Origin: Glaucostegus cemiculus
Lineage: Eukaryota
Assembly: GCA_976551045.1 (NCBI GenBank)
Contig: CDPCPM010000681.1
Span: 1 to 64,000, forward strand
Length of the DNA stretch: 64,000 nt
Direction: 5' to 3'
Shown: in pieces, positions 1-11,880 of the stretch
Layout: every line of letters begins with the position of its first letter
Numbering within the stretch: position 1 is the first letter of the stretch
The notes under the pieces: model-generated
Told to the model about the DNA's origin: nothing
Seen by the model: only the letters and a program-made list of their open reading frames with translations
Database searches by the model: none
Translations under genes and position numbers: made by a program

Positions 1-114
1 CACTAGCAATGGAAATGTTTATCCAGATGTTGTTGGCGCTGCATCTGCTGCTTGCCCCAGTGTAGACGTCTCTGCGCCTGGTGCTTAAGTGAGGGCAGTA
101 CTAACCTCCATCTG

Positions 115-611
115 TTCTCAGACGGCGCCGGTGAGGCCGCACTTGGAGCGCTGTGTGCAGTGCTGGTCGTCCGGCTACAGGAAGGGTGTGATTAAGCTGA
201 GAGGGGGCAGGAACGGTTCACAGGGACGTCGCCGGGACCGGGGGGGCTTGAGTGATTGGAGAGACTGGGACTGTTTCCCTGGAGCCCAGGAGAGTGAGGG
301 GTGACCTTACAGAGGTGTGTAAAATCATGAGGGGCATTGACAGGGTGGATGGTCACTGTCCTTTCCCCAGGGTAGGGGAGTCTAAACCTAAAAGGCACAG
401 GTTTAAGGTGGGGGGGGGGGAAGTATTTAAAGGAGACCTGAGGGGCAACTTTTCCCGCACAGAGGCTGGCAGGTATGTGGACATTTGGACAGGTACATGG
501 ATAGGAAAGGTTTAGAGCGCCTAACGTGGGAAAGTGGGACTAGCATAGATGGGAATCTCAGTCAGCACGGACGAGTTGGGCTGAAGGGCCTGTCCCACAC
601 TGTATAACTAT
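115..611 (+). mobile_element. CR1-clade LINE 3' fragment
   Basis: Translates as VRPHLE.CVQ.WS and SLE.RR.RGDL.EV.KIMRGIDRV (CR1 ORF2 C-terminus), then a gggcctgt tail. Confidence 0.85.
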
Positions 612-959
612 AAATCTGATCACCAAAGTCGGAACTGGCTACGCGACGTGGCTTTCACCACAGGACTGTGGGTCAGCCAGCTCCACCCCGTGCTGGAACG
701 CGAGAGGTCTCCTCTCCCCCTCTGCTGCGTGCCCCCCACCACAACAACAACAACCTGCATTTAAACAGCATCTCCGAGAAACCTCCTGCGGACTGCACTA
801 GAGCATTAACAAGGAAGGCCACCATTTGTCTCACCCCTCCCTTCTCTCGCCCCAGGGCCCTTCAAAGCCAAGCCCACCTTTAGGGCGGGTGACTAGGGGT
901 TTGGGTGAGGGGGAGGATTAGGGGACAATTCCAGGGGCTTGAGGGTTAAAGGGGCTCTG

Positions 960-1110
960 GTGGTTGGTTTGGAAACACGAGTTCAAGCCTCACTCAGGGC
1001 AGCTGAGAATTCGCATCCAGTTCTGGAGTATGTCACTAACCCTGACCACGGATTGTCCTACTGATCCAGTAGGTTCAATCAATCCTTCAGGAAATAAATT
1101 TAAAAGCAAA
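960..1110 (+). mobile_element. Old tRNA-derived SINE fragment (related pieces at about 11260-11390 and 43070-43255)
   Basis: gagttcaa...ggcagctg head shared with the 43.1 kb copy. Confidence 0.4.
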
Positions 1111-1679
1111 TCCTCTGTCTCCCTCTGACCTTTGCCATGGGTCTCCTACACCAGTCCAACAGAAGGAGAAGCCCTTGTCCTGACTGTGCCCGTTACACCT
1201 TCCAGACTCACTGAACTCAACTCATTTATCTACCTCACGTCTGCAGAGAATGCTCCTCTCTCCTCCTGCCACCTTCCCTTCACCTTCTGGTTACACCACC
1301 CCTCCCTCCCTAACACACCCCTTGTTCACCAGTCCCCCACTCCCTCGCAAGAGGCAGCACCCCCACGTGTGTCACTGTCTCCTGCTCCCTGCCCAGTCTC
1401 ACACCTCCCCTTTCGTCCTCCCCTCCCACTCCCACCCCCACCCCATCACTCCCACTGCAACCTTAAGGGTTTGATCTCCAACTTGCACCAACCATTGGCC
1501 CAAGGCCGGAACTCTGGCGCTCCACACACCCTGGCGGATCTGTTGAGCTTTTCTGGAGTTCTTTTGGTTTTATTTTATCAGGCTGGTCTGTGTGTGACTC
1601 CTGGTCACTGGGCTGCACACTACCTGCCTCTGAGATCTTCTCACAACCCGCTCTGTTCAAGAGCAGTCACCATGTGTTA

Positions 1680-2195
1680 TAGGAAAGTGTCTCCCTGTTA
1701 CAGGAAACATATTATTAAACTAGAGACTGCAGAAAAGATTCACCAGGGTGTTGCCTGGACCTATGGCCTGAGTTACAAGGAGAGGGTGTGTAGACCAGGA
1801 CTGTATTCTCTGGAACGTAGGAGATTGAGGGGTGACCTGACAGAGGTGTACAAGACCATGAGGGCACAGACAGGGTGAAAGCACACAGTCTGTTTCCCAG
1901 GGTAAGAGTGATAAAAGCAAGGGGGGGGGGCAGAGGTTTCAGATCAGAGGCGAGAGATTTGAAAGGGGCATCAGGGGCAGCTTCTTCACACAGAGGGTGG
2001 TGCGTATTTGGAACGAGCTGCCAGAAATAGTGGTTGAGGTGGGCACATTAGCAACGTTTAGAAGCCATTGAGATAAGTCCATGGATAGGAGAGGTTAGAG
2101 GGCTATGGGCCAAACGCGGGCAGGTGGGACCAGCTCACTGGGCCACACAGTCGGCATGCACAAGTTGGGCGGAAGGACCTGTGTGTCCTGTTGTC
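1680..2195 (+). mobile_element. CR1-clade LINE 3' fragment
   Basis: GLSYKERV..PGLYSLERRRLRGDLTEVYKTMR plus CR1-type 3' UTR. Confidence 0.85.
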
Positions 2196-2469
2196 CTTGC
2201 TCAGCGATGGACCCACACAATAATGTTCAAATTCAGGCTCTGGCAAGTGAAACCAAGTCCTTCAGGGGTGAGACAGTTACAGTCAACATGAGAAAGGGGC
2301 CAGAACGGCAGAGATCTGTGGGGCGGAGACAGGGAAGGGCAAGACCGCGGAGAACTTAAAGACAAGAATCAGTACTTTAATCTCGGATCGTTGCCAGACT
2401 GGAGTCATTGACGGTTTCCGCGTGGTGTTGGGCCTGTCGCAGACTCACTCACCCATTCAGGCAGAAGTA

Positions 2470-2690
2470 CAGCTGAACAGGATGTCCCCACTGGGACAAC
2501 CACCTAACGGGGTAGTAACGGCTTTAATGAAGGGCCTGAGTGAAATTCGCTGGCAACACCAAGACTTGCTGCAGGAGGACGGAACAGGCTCGAGAGCAGA
2601 CACAGAGCTGGTGGCGGGTGACGTGGGGAGCTAGGAGCTGGGCCAGGGTGGAGGGAGGGATGGGACATCGCTGTGGGACACAGGGGCTGG
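2470..2690 (+). mobile_element. Degenerate RTE-clade LINE 3' remnant
   Basis: Frameshifted similarity to the RTE ORF C-terminus; weak. Confidence 0.35.
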
Positions 2691-3149
2691 GTGACCCCCC
2701 CTCACCCACCCACCCATCTCCCATTCCTGCCCACAGCTGGAGGCCTGTCCTCACCCCAGGATAGATTCACCTCCCGGGCGCGGGTTCCCTGATCGCTGAG
2801 ATGGGAGGTCACAGGGAGAGATGGTCTTCCTGAGACAACTTCTGAAGGGGGTGGAATGTTGGACCTCCCTGGGGATATCCGGAACGGGGTGGAGGGACAG
2901 AGGGTGGGGGTTGGGGTGCTGGGGGTTGAGGTGGGGTAGGGGTTGGGGAGGAGGGTGGGAGGTGGGTGGGGGGGGGTACAAGGGGTGGGGGCATCGTCAC
3001 GTTGCGTTTTATACCGGAGATATTTACAGCAGGTGTCCCCTCGCCCCCACAACACACTCACCCCCCCCCACCGCCCCTACCGCCCTACCTCCTCCCTCAC
3101 CCACGGTCTCCCACCCCACAAATCAACCCCCCCATCTCTCTCCACCCCT

Positions 3150-3695
3150 GGTACCCCCCCGACCGATCCCCACCCCCCAGGTCCCCCCCCCGACCAATCC
3201 CCACCCCCCAGGTCCCCCCCCCGATCAATCCCCACCCCCCAGGTCCCCCCCCGACCGATCCCCACCCCCCAGGTCCCCCCCACCCCGATCCCCACCCCCC
3301 AGGTCCCTCCCCCGATCAATCCCCACCCCGATCCCCACCCCCCAGGTCCCCCCCCACCCCGATCCCCACCCCCCCAGGTCCCCCCCCCGATCAATCCCCA
3401 CCCCCGATCCCACCCCCCAGCTCCCCCCCCACCCCGATCCCCACCCCCCAGGTCCCCCCCACCCCGATCCCCACCCCCCAGGTCCCTCCCCCGATCAATC
3501 CCCACCCCGATCCCCACCCCCCAGCTCCCCCCCCACCCCGATCCCCACCCCCCAGGTCCCCCCCCGACCAATCCCCACCCCCAGGTCCCCCCCCCCCCGA
3601 TCAATCCCCACCCCCCAGGTCCCCCCCCCCACCGATCCCCACCCCCCAGGTCCCCCCCCACCCAGATCCCCACCCCCCAGGTCCCCCCCCCCCGA
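3150..3695. repeat. C-rich minisatellite (core ccgatccccaccccccaggtcccccc; G-rich on minus)
   Basis: Directly visible tandem units; source of the Pro-rich ORFs. Confidence 0.9.
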
Positions 3696-4250
3696 CGCGG
3701 AGCCGAGGCCGCGCTCGGCTCCAGCGGGACGGGGAACCGGAGCCGCCCGACCCCGGGCACCGGACCCCGGGCACCGGGCACCGGGGGGGGGGGCGGCGGG
3801 AGGACCGGGGGGTGGGGTTCGGATCCCGGGGGCTCCGGGAGAGCTGACCCCCCCCCCCCGGTGCCCGTATCCCGGGGGAAGCGGAGTCCGGTTGCCGGGG
3901 GTTCCGTATCCCGGGGGAAGCGGTGTCCGGGGGGGGGGTCCCGGGACGGGGGGGGGTCCCGGGCCGGGGGGGCCCCGGGACGGGGGGGGTCCCGGGGTCG
4001 GTGCGCGGGCCCGCGGACGGCTCCTACCTCCCGGCCTGCTCGATGCGCGCTGCCGAACGTGGAACCGCAGCCCGACTGCGCCGCGAACGCGCTCGGTGCC
4101 CCGGGCGCGCCGCCGATCCGCGCTCCCGCTCCCGCTCGGGCCGCGCCGCCAGATGTGCCCGGTCCCGCCCCCCCCGCAGCGGCAGCGGCAGCTGGAGCCC
4201 GTCCCGGTCCCGGTCCCGGTCCCGGGACACGGGGCTCAGCCCCATGCCCC
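3695..4250 (-). promoter_or_regulatory. CpG island with candidate non-coding first exon (about 4028-4160) of the downstream gene, possibly RIMBP2
   Basis: Very CpG-dense unique sequence; minus-strand donor GAG|gtagga (GT at 4027-4026); GC box at about 4165; gene identity rests only on human RIMBP2-STX2-RAN synteny. Confidence 0.5.
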
Positions 4251-4770
4251 CCCCACCCCGGGACCCCCCCACCCCAACCCCCCTCCCCCCACCCTCCCCC
4301 CTCTCCACCCCACCCCCCTCCCCCAAACCCCCCACCCCACCTCCCAAACCCCTCCCCCTCCCACCCCCACTCCCTCTCCCCCCTCCCCACCCCCCACCCC
4401 CTCCCCACCTCCCAAACCCTCCCACCCCAACCCCCTCCGTCCAACCCCCATCCACAACCCCCACCTCCCCACCCTACACCCCAACCCCACCCCACCCCTC
4501 TCCTGTCTAACTCCCCTCCCCCCACTGAGCCCCTCCCCACCCCTTTAACCCTCTCCAGTCTAACCCCACCCCCTCCCCACTAATCCCACCCTAACCGCCC
4601 TCCCCACCCCCTAACCCCATCCAGCCTAGCCCTACCCCCCACTGTCCCCGTCCCCACCCCGACCCCCCTCCAAACACCCTCTCCACTCCTCTAACCCCCT
4701 TGTCTAACCCCTATCCCCCAATGAGCCCCCTCCCCACCCCTCTAACCCTACCCCCTAACCCCACCCCTAA
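4245..4770. repeat. C-rich low-complexity tract with scattered ctaacc motifs
   Basis: Directly visible. Confidence 0.75.
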
Positions 4771-5067
4771 TGGGGTCTGTTTAGAGGAGGCGGGGGCTGT
4801 GTCAGGTACCGTTGACAGGATGGGGGAGCCCGCAGCTGTGGAGCGTTACAGCGAGAGTGGATCAGGCTCCAGTGACAGCCCCGCGACCCGGTGCTGATCT
4901 CCGCTCGTGCCCGGCCCAGAGTCCGGAGCACCCAGACCGAGTGGTGAGGGGGCAGCAGAGGCTGCAGAGAGATCCGTGCCCACGGAGGGTTGGACTGTGT
5001 CTCTGTGCCAGCATGTGGGCAGAGCTGTGGTCGCGGGCTCTGGATGGTCAACGCTGGACAACCCATC

Positions 5068-6005
5068 TCCTGTACCCACACACACTGCCCTGTGACAGCC
5101 TCAGCTCCTGTACCCACACACACTGCCCTGTGACAGCCTCGCCCCCTGTACCCACACACACTGCCCTGTGACAGCCTCAGCTCCTGTACCCACACACACT
5201 GCCCTGTGACAGCCTCGCCCCCCTGTACCCACACACACTGCCCTGTGACAGCCTCGCCCCTGTACCCACACACACTGCCCTGTGACAGCCTCGCCCCCTG
5301 TACCCACACACACTGCCCTGTGACAGCCTCGCCCCCTGTACCCACACACACTGCCCTGTGACAGCCTCGCCCCCTGTACCCACACACACTGCCCTGTGAC
5401 AGCCTCGCCCCCTGTACCCACACACACTGCCCTGTGACAGCCTCGCCCCCTGTACCCACACACACTGCCCTGTGACAGCCTCGCCCCCTGTACCCACACA
5501 CACTGCCCTGTGACAGCCTCGCCCCCTGTACCCACACACACTGCCCTGTGACAGCCTCGCCCCCTGTACCCACACACACTGCCCTGTGACAGCCTCAGCT
5601 CCTGTACCCACACACACTGCCCTGTGACAGCCTCGCCCCTGTACCCACACACACTGCCTGTGACAGCCTCGCCCCCTGTACCCACACACACTGCCCTGTG
5701 ACAGCCTCAGCTCCTGTACCCACACACACTGCCCTGTGACAGCCTCGCCCCCTGTACCCACACACACTGCCCTGTGACAGCCTCGCCCCCTGTACCACAC
5801 ACACTGCCCTGTGACAGCCTCGCCCCCTGTACCCACACACACTGCCCTGTGACAGCCTCGCCCCCTGTACCCACACACACTGCCCTGTGACAGCCTCGCC
5901 CCCTGTACCCACACACACTGCCCTGTGACAGCCTCGCCCCCTGTACCCACACACACTGCCCTGTGACAGCCTCGCCTCCTGTACCCACACACACTGCCCT
6001 GGGAC
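5068..6005. repeat. 38-bp minisatellite (ctgtacccacacacactgccctgtgacagcctcgcccc), about 24-25 copies
   Basis: Near-perfect tandem units with a recurring cagctc variant. Confidence 0.97.
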
Positions 6006-6436
6006 AAGTAACACTTATGTCATATTTGGCATATTCTTGACTCAGGGGCTTTGGACACCACATTGTTATGTTTAAGATTGGCTTAAACTGTGTAATTTGA
6101 CGAGCGGACGGTCCATTCACTGAGGTCGATGTCCCGTTGTTATTTCTGACGAGTTTAATCCCATCGGCAGGTTCATCGCTTCACCAGCTCGAGGCCAGCT
6201 GAGTAATGGAGAGGCCTGGGTTCCAGCGGATCACACGCTCTGAGTGTCCCACCTCCCAGCCGAGAAACGCTGATCGCCTCAAATAAACTCCCTCCCTGCA
6301 GAGAGACCGATCCAGCGGCCAAAGATCAATAAACCAGGTGGGACCTGCAGACCCTCCCAAAGCCTCCCACCAGGGCAGGGCACGGGCCGTGGGTGTGGGG
6401 GACCACCCTCCCTCACACACCATCCTGCATCATCAC

Positions 6437-6520
6437 TGGGTCCAAACCCTGGGGGTATGAACCCTGGGGGGCCAGACCCTGTGGGTCCAAACCCTGGGGG
6501 TCCAGACCCTGTGGGTCCCT
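6437..6520. repeat. Short tandem repeat of about 15-bp units (gggtccaaaccctgg-type)
   Basis: Directly visible. Confidence 0.7.
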
Positions 6521-6792
6521 CCCCAACAGCACCATGGGAGCACCTTCACCAGAGCGACTGCAGAGGCTCAGCTACCCCCCCACCTCCACTCCCCCCACCC
6601 CCTCACGGGCAGTTAGGGACTGACTGACCGGTGAAGGCCACATCCATCCCCAGAATTAAATTAAAACTAGTAACTAAAGTAACCAATGGGAAGGAGCCGT
6701 CACCTGAAGACCTGCCGTGGTTACCTGGTACACGCGCCGTGGAACAGCCGGTCAATGATACACCCTCTGGGAGGTCCTCAGCCCCGCAGCAT

Positions 6793-7472
6793 TGTGGAGG
6801 TGGAGGGTTGTGGAGGTGGAGGACGGTGGAGGTGGAGGGTTGTGGAGGTGGAGGGTTGTGGAAATGGAGGGTTGTGGAGGTGGAGGGTTGTGGAGGTGGA
6901 GGACGGTGGAGGTGGAGGGTTGTGGAGGTGGAGGGTTGTGGAGGTGGAGACGGTGGAGGTGGAGGGTTGTGGAGGTGGAGGGTTGTGGAAGTGGAGGGTT
7001 GTGGAGGTGGAGGGTTGTGGAGGTGGAGGACGGTGGAGGTGGAGGGTTGTGGAGGTGGAGGGTTGTGGAGGTGGAGGATTGTGGAGGTGGAGGGTGGTGG
7101 AGGTGGAGGGTTGTGGAGGTGTAGGACGGTGGAGGTGGAGGGTTGTGGAGGTGGAGGGTTGTGGAGGTGGAGGACAGTGGAGGACGGTGGAGGTGGGAGG
7201 GTTGTGGAGGTGGAGGGTTGTGGAGGTGGAGGACGGTGGAGGTGGGAGACGGTGGAGGTGGAGGGTTGTGGAGGTGGAGGGTTGTGGAGGTGGAGGACGG
7301 TGGAGGTGGAGGACGGTGGAGGTGGAGGGTTGTGGAGGTGGAGGACGGTGGAGGTGGAGGACGGTGGAGGTGGAGGACGGTGGAGGTGGAGGGTTGTGGA
7401 GGTGGAGGACGGTGGAGGTGGAGGACAGTGGAGGTGGAGGGTTGTGGAGGTGGAGGGTTGTGGAGGTGGAGG
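6793..7472. repeat. G-rich minisatellite of tgtggaggtggagggt / cggtggaggtggagga units
   Basis: Directly visible. Confidence 0.95.
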
Positions 7473-7574
7473 GAAAAGGTGCTGAGGCCAAGACAGGGCC
7501 AGGGATGATCTGGGTGACCAGTGCAGCCGACTGGAGGGGAAGGAGGGAGAGGGGGAGGGACAGGGGTGTGGGAG

Positions 7575-8052
7575 GAGGGTGAGGGGTGATGTAGGGGAGG
7601 GGGACCGAGGGGGAGTAGGGTTGAGGGAAGGGGTGAGGAGTGGTGTGAGGGGGTGAGGGGCTAAGGGTGGTGAGGTGGGTGAGGGGTGATGAGGTGAGGG
7701 GTGAGGGGTGAGGGGAGGGGTGAGGAGGGTGAGGGTTGAGGGTGAGGGTGAGGTGAGGGGTGAGGGGTGAGGTGAGGGTGAGGTGAGGGTGAGGGGTGAG
7801 GGTGAGGGTAAGGTGAGGGGTGATGGGTGAGGGGTGATGGGTGAGAGGTGAGGGTGAGGGGTGAGGGTGAGGGTGAGGGTGAGGGTGAGGTGAGGGGTGA
7901 TGGGTGAGGTGAGGGGTGATGGGTGAGGGGTGATGGGTGAGGGTGAGGGTGAGGGGTGAGGGTGAGGCGAGGGTGAGGGTGATGAGGTGAGGGGTGAGGG
8001 GTGAGGGTGATGAGGTGAGGGTGAGGGTGAGGGGTGAGGGTGTGAGGGGGAG
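7575..8052. repeat. TGAGGG/GTGAGG-rich simple repeat running into an assembly gap
   Basis: Many tandem tgaggg and tgagg units; tgaggg resumes after the gap. Confidence 0.9.
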
Positions 8053-8182
8053 NNNNNNNNNNNNNNNNNNNNNNNNNNNNNNNNNNNNNNNNNNNNNNNN
8101 NNNNNNNNNNNNNNNNNNNNNNNNNNNNNNNNNNNNNNNNNNNNNNNNNNNNNNNNNNNNNNNNNNNNNNNNNNNNNNNNNN
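8053..8182. other. Assembly gap (130 N)
   Basis: Run of n. Confidence 1.
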
Positions 8183-8504
8183 TGAGGGTGCCTCAGGCAG
8201 GAGATCCTCAACCTCTGACTCAGCCACCTCGTGGTCTGTGCTGCCCTCTGCTGACCATTCCACTGCCATTGCCACCGATGGGGCTTCCCTGCCTTTCTGT
8301 AGCGCCGCTCACAGCCCTGGGGCTGCTCACAGCCAATGGAAAGCGCAGTCAGTGGTGAGGGGAACATTTGCAGCGAGTCCGTGGACTCCTCAGTGAGATC
8401 AGGATGGCGTCTGACTGGAGGAAAAGCCTCACAATGTTGCCAGGACCAGTCACGAGCTGGGAAATGTTTAAACACAAACTAAAAGTTTAAATAAAAGGGA
8501 ATAA

Positions 8505-9904
8505 CTTACCAAATTAAGTAAATATATGACTCAACCAATCATTTCAATTTCGTTAATTCTTTGGATTGACTAAATTTGTTTTGTCAAGTCCTAAACAATC
8601 TAATTTTTTTTCAACCATCTAGACTAGATACAGCTTTTTCCTTATGGAAAAGGAAGGGAATAGTATGCTTTCGTGATCTATTCATCGGTAACTGTTTTGC
8701 ACCTTTTGAACAGCTGTATAATAAATATAATTTACCTAGATCACATTTTTTTCGATATTTGCAGATTGGAAATTTTTTAAAAGCTACTATACCCTCCTTT
8801 CCATTTCTTTATAAAGATGAAATCATTGATAAAATTTTAGGTTTTAATCCTCATCAGAAGGGCTTGACAGCAATAATTTATGATTTAATTATGAAAATAC
8901 AGTCAGATTCACTGGACAAAATTAAAAATGATTGGGAAAGTGAACTCCAGATTTCTATATCTATAGAGACTTGGAAGAAAATTCTTCATTTAGTTAATAC
9001 ATCCTCAATGTGTGCCAGACACTCATTGATACAGTTTAAAGTTGTGCACAGGGCCTATATGTCCAAAGATAAGCTAGCTCGTTTTTATGATCGTATAAAC
9101 CCTACATGTGACAGATGTAAATCGAACGTGGCTTCTTTGTCGCATATGTTCTGGTCCTGTCCTTATTTGGAAAATTATTGGAAAGACGTTTTTAATATTA
9201 TTTCAGATGTATTGAAGATCGATTTACAACCTCACCCTTTTACTGCAATCTTTAGATTACCATGGATAAAGTCTGGCCATGTACCTGCTTCTGCTAACCG
9301 TATGATTGCTTTTGTTACATTGATGGCCAAACGAGCCATTCTGCTTAAATGGAAGGATCCAATACCCCCTACCACCTTTCAATGGTTCTCTCAAACTATA
9401 TCATGTCTTAATTTGGAAAAAATTAGGAGTGGGACTGTTGATTCTTCGCTGAAATTTGAAGCTATTTGGAGTCCATTTATTCAATACTTTCACATGATGT
9501 AGTTTCCCCTTCTATAACTTTTTTTTTAATTCAGAGAAACGGAGCTGACGACATTATGTTGTTCTATTTCTATTGAAAATTTTAGCCCAGGTTTTTTTTC
9601 CTTGTTTTGTTTTTTTAAAATTCTTTTTCGGTTTAATTTACTCTATATTATTATGATTTTTTTAAATTGATTTGGTTTTTTTTCTAATTATATAACAAAT
9701 TTTTTTCTTTTCTATCTTTCACATTACGCTTATGAACCAAGAGATCGTTGGAACTACTTTTATATATATCATACTTTATTGCTTTTTTTTATGATTACCT
9801 ACAACTTACATGATATTTTTATAATACATGTGTAAACATTGTTGTTATATATCTTAACCTGTCATGATTTGTTATCAATAAAAAAGATTGAAAAAGACAG
9901 AAAG
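8505..9904 (+). mobile_element. 5'-truncated L1-clade LINE with 12-bp TSD
   Basis: Open ORF2 C-terminus 8576-9502 with zinc knuckle (CDRC...HMFWSC); T-rich 3' UTR; AATAAA 9877-9882; A-rich tail; TSD aaaagggaataa at 8493-8504 and 9905-9916. Confidence 0.92.
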
Positions 9905-10040
9905 AAAAGGGAATAAACCAGCAAGCAATGTAAAACACTGAGGCCTTCTGCAGCGGGAGGGAGGGCCCGTCCACAACCGGTCCTTCAGAAGTCAGACTGA
10001 TAAAATGAGAAATGCAGAGACTTCATTAATTACTGTCCAT

Positions 10041-10580
10041 TGGTCTTCAGTAGAGGACTGGTCTTCAGCAGAGGACTGGTCTTCAGCAGAGGTCTGGTCT
10101 TCAGCAGAGGATTGATCTTCAGCAGAGGTCTGGTCTTCAGCAGAGGACTGGTCTTCAGCAGAGGTCTGGTCTTCAGCAGAGGATTGATCTTCAGCAGAGG
10201 TCTGGTCTTCAGCAGAGGACTGGTCTTCAGCAGAGGACTGGTCTTCAGCAGAGGTCTGGTCTTCAGCAGAGGACTGGTCTTCAGCAGAGGACTGGTCTTC
10301 AGTAGAGGATTGATCTTCAGCAGAGGATTGATCTTCAGCAGAGGTCTGGTCTTCAGCAGAGGACTGGTCTTCAGCAGAGGACTGGTCTTCAGCAGAGGTC
10401 TGGTCTTCAGCAGAGGACTGGTCTTCAGCAGAGGACTGGTCTTCAGTAGAGGATTGATCTTCAGCAGAGGATTGATCTTCAGCAGAGGACTGGTCTTCAG
10501 TAGAGGATTGATCTTCAGCAGAGGACTGGTCTTCAGCAGAGGACTGGTCTTCAGCAGAGGACTGGTCTTCAGCAGAGGAT
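10041..10580. repeat. 18-bp minisatellite (tggtcttcagcagaggac), about 30 copies
   Basis: Directly visible; unit length is a multiple of 3, which explains the LLKTSP/VFSRGL ORFs. Confidence 0.97.
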
Positions 10581-10989
10581 TGTACAAACGTCCAAAACGA
10601 GCAGGACGGGCTGGATGCAATTTAACACAATCTCCGGCTCTAGAGCACAGGAACCAGGTAACTCGTGGTGCCCCCCGGATCTGATGCCAGGACCTGGGGG
10701 TCCCGACTCTGGTGGTCCCATTGGTTGTAATCCCCCACATTCCCCCGGGCCCCAGAGAACCGGAAAATCCTCTTTGAGAGAGGAAGGCGACAGGAAACAA
10801 TCAGTTGGACTGACAGCCGTCGTTGGTGGGATCCACGACTGGGGCAGGGCATTTACAGAGTCAGAATGTGGTTAAACAGAGTCACCTGGATGTTATGAGG
10901 CAGGAAGTGGGTTCCATGGACTTGCTGCAGTTCCCTGAGCACTGAACAGACCCAGTGTGATGGATCTGGACTCCCAGGAAGCAGTCAAT

Positions 10990-11240
10990 GGGTGAGGATG
11001 GGACTGGGTGGGGTGGGGTTGGGGGTGGGTGGATGGGTTTTGGCTGGGGACGAGGGTTGGTCAGGGTGGGTGGGTTTGGGATTGGATTGGATGAGGTTGG
11101 GATTGGGTGGGATTAGGTTTGGATGGAGATGGGTGGGTTTGAGTGGGTGGGTGAGGCTGGGTGGGGTAGGGGGTGGGTGGGGTTGCATTTGGGTGGAGTT
11201 GGGGGTGGGTGGGGTGGGGTTGGATGCGATTGGGGTGAGT
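10990..11240. repeat. G/T-rich low-complexity tract
   Basis: Directly visible. Confidence 0.75.
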
Positions 11241-11547
11241 GTGTTACCTGATGGTAAACATCTGGAACGTACCAGCTGGTGGTCAAAATCTAGAACACAC
11301 CAGCCTGTGGTGAACATCTGGATATCACCAGCAGGAACTTCTGGGTTGGGGGAAGGAAGCTGGGCTGTACGTGACTCCAGTCCCACTGATCACGGACTCT
11401 GCCAACACCCTCACTCCACTGGTGCAGAGGGATTCCTGCAGTTGATGGTGTTTCCCAGAGTTAGCGAGGTGGGAACTTAGTTCTCAACAAACAATGACCT
11501 GTACGTCTGCAGAGCGAGACGGCAGCAGAGGCTGGGGTTGGATTGTC

Positions 11548-11880
11548 ACTGAGGGAGGGTCACACTGTGGGAGGGGGACAGTACTGAGGGAGGGTCACAT
11601 TGTGGGAGGGGGCAGTACTGAGGGAGGATCACACTGTGGGAGGGGGCAGTACTGAGGGAGGGTCACATTGTGGGAGGGGGCAGTACTGAGGGAGGATCAC
11701 ACTGTGGGAGGGGGCAGTACTGAGGGAGGGTCACACTGTGGGAGGGGGCAGTACTGAGGGAGGGTCACATTGTGGGAGGGGGCAGTACTGAGGGAGGGTC
11801 ACACTGTGGGAGGGGGCGGTACTGAGGGAGGGTCACACTGTGGGAGGGGGCGGTACTGAGGGAGGGTCACACTGTGGGAG
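11548..11880 (+). repeat. 34-bp minisatellite (cagtactgagggagggtcacactgtgggaggggg), left arm; derived from the Deu-SINE core
   Basis: About 10 tandem units resembling the Deu-domain segment cagtactgagggagtgctgcactgtcggagg. Confidence 0.9.

Noticed and set aside
2821-4583. Long Pro/Gly-rich ORFs (575, 546, 487 aa)
   Set aside because: Several frames on both strands are open because C/G-run repeats lack stop codons; no domain or codon structure.
4868-4900. REST/NRSE site upstream of the candidate neuronal promoter
   Set aside because: Only the TCAGCACC half-site matches on minus; GGACAG is missing at canonical spacing.
5068-6005. CRISPR-like array or Cys-rich protein
   Set aside because: Head-to-tail 38-bp units without unique spacers, no cas genes, eukaryotic context.
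6140-6185. Hammerhead-like CTGACGAG
   Set aside because: No stem II or downstream GAAA in the required position.
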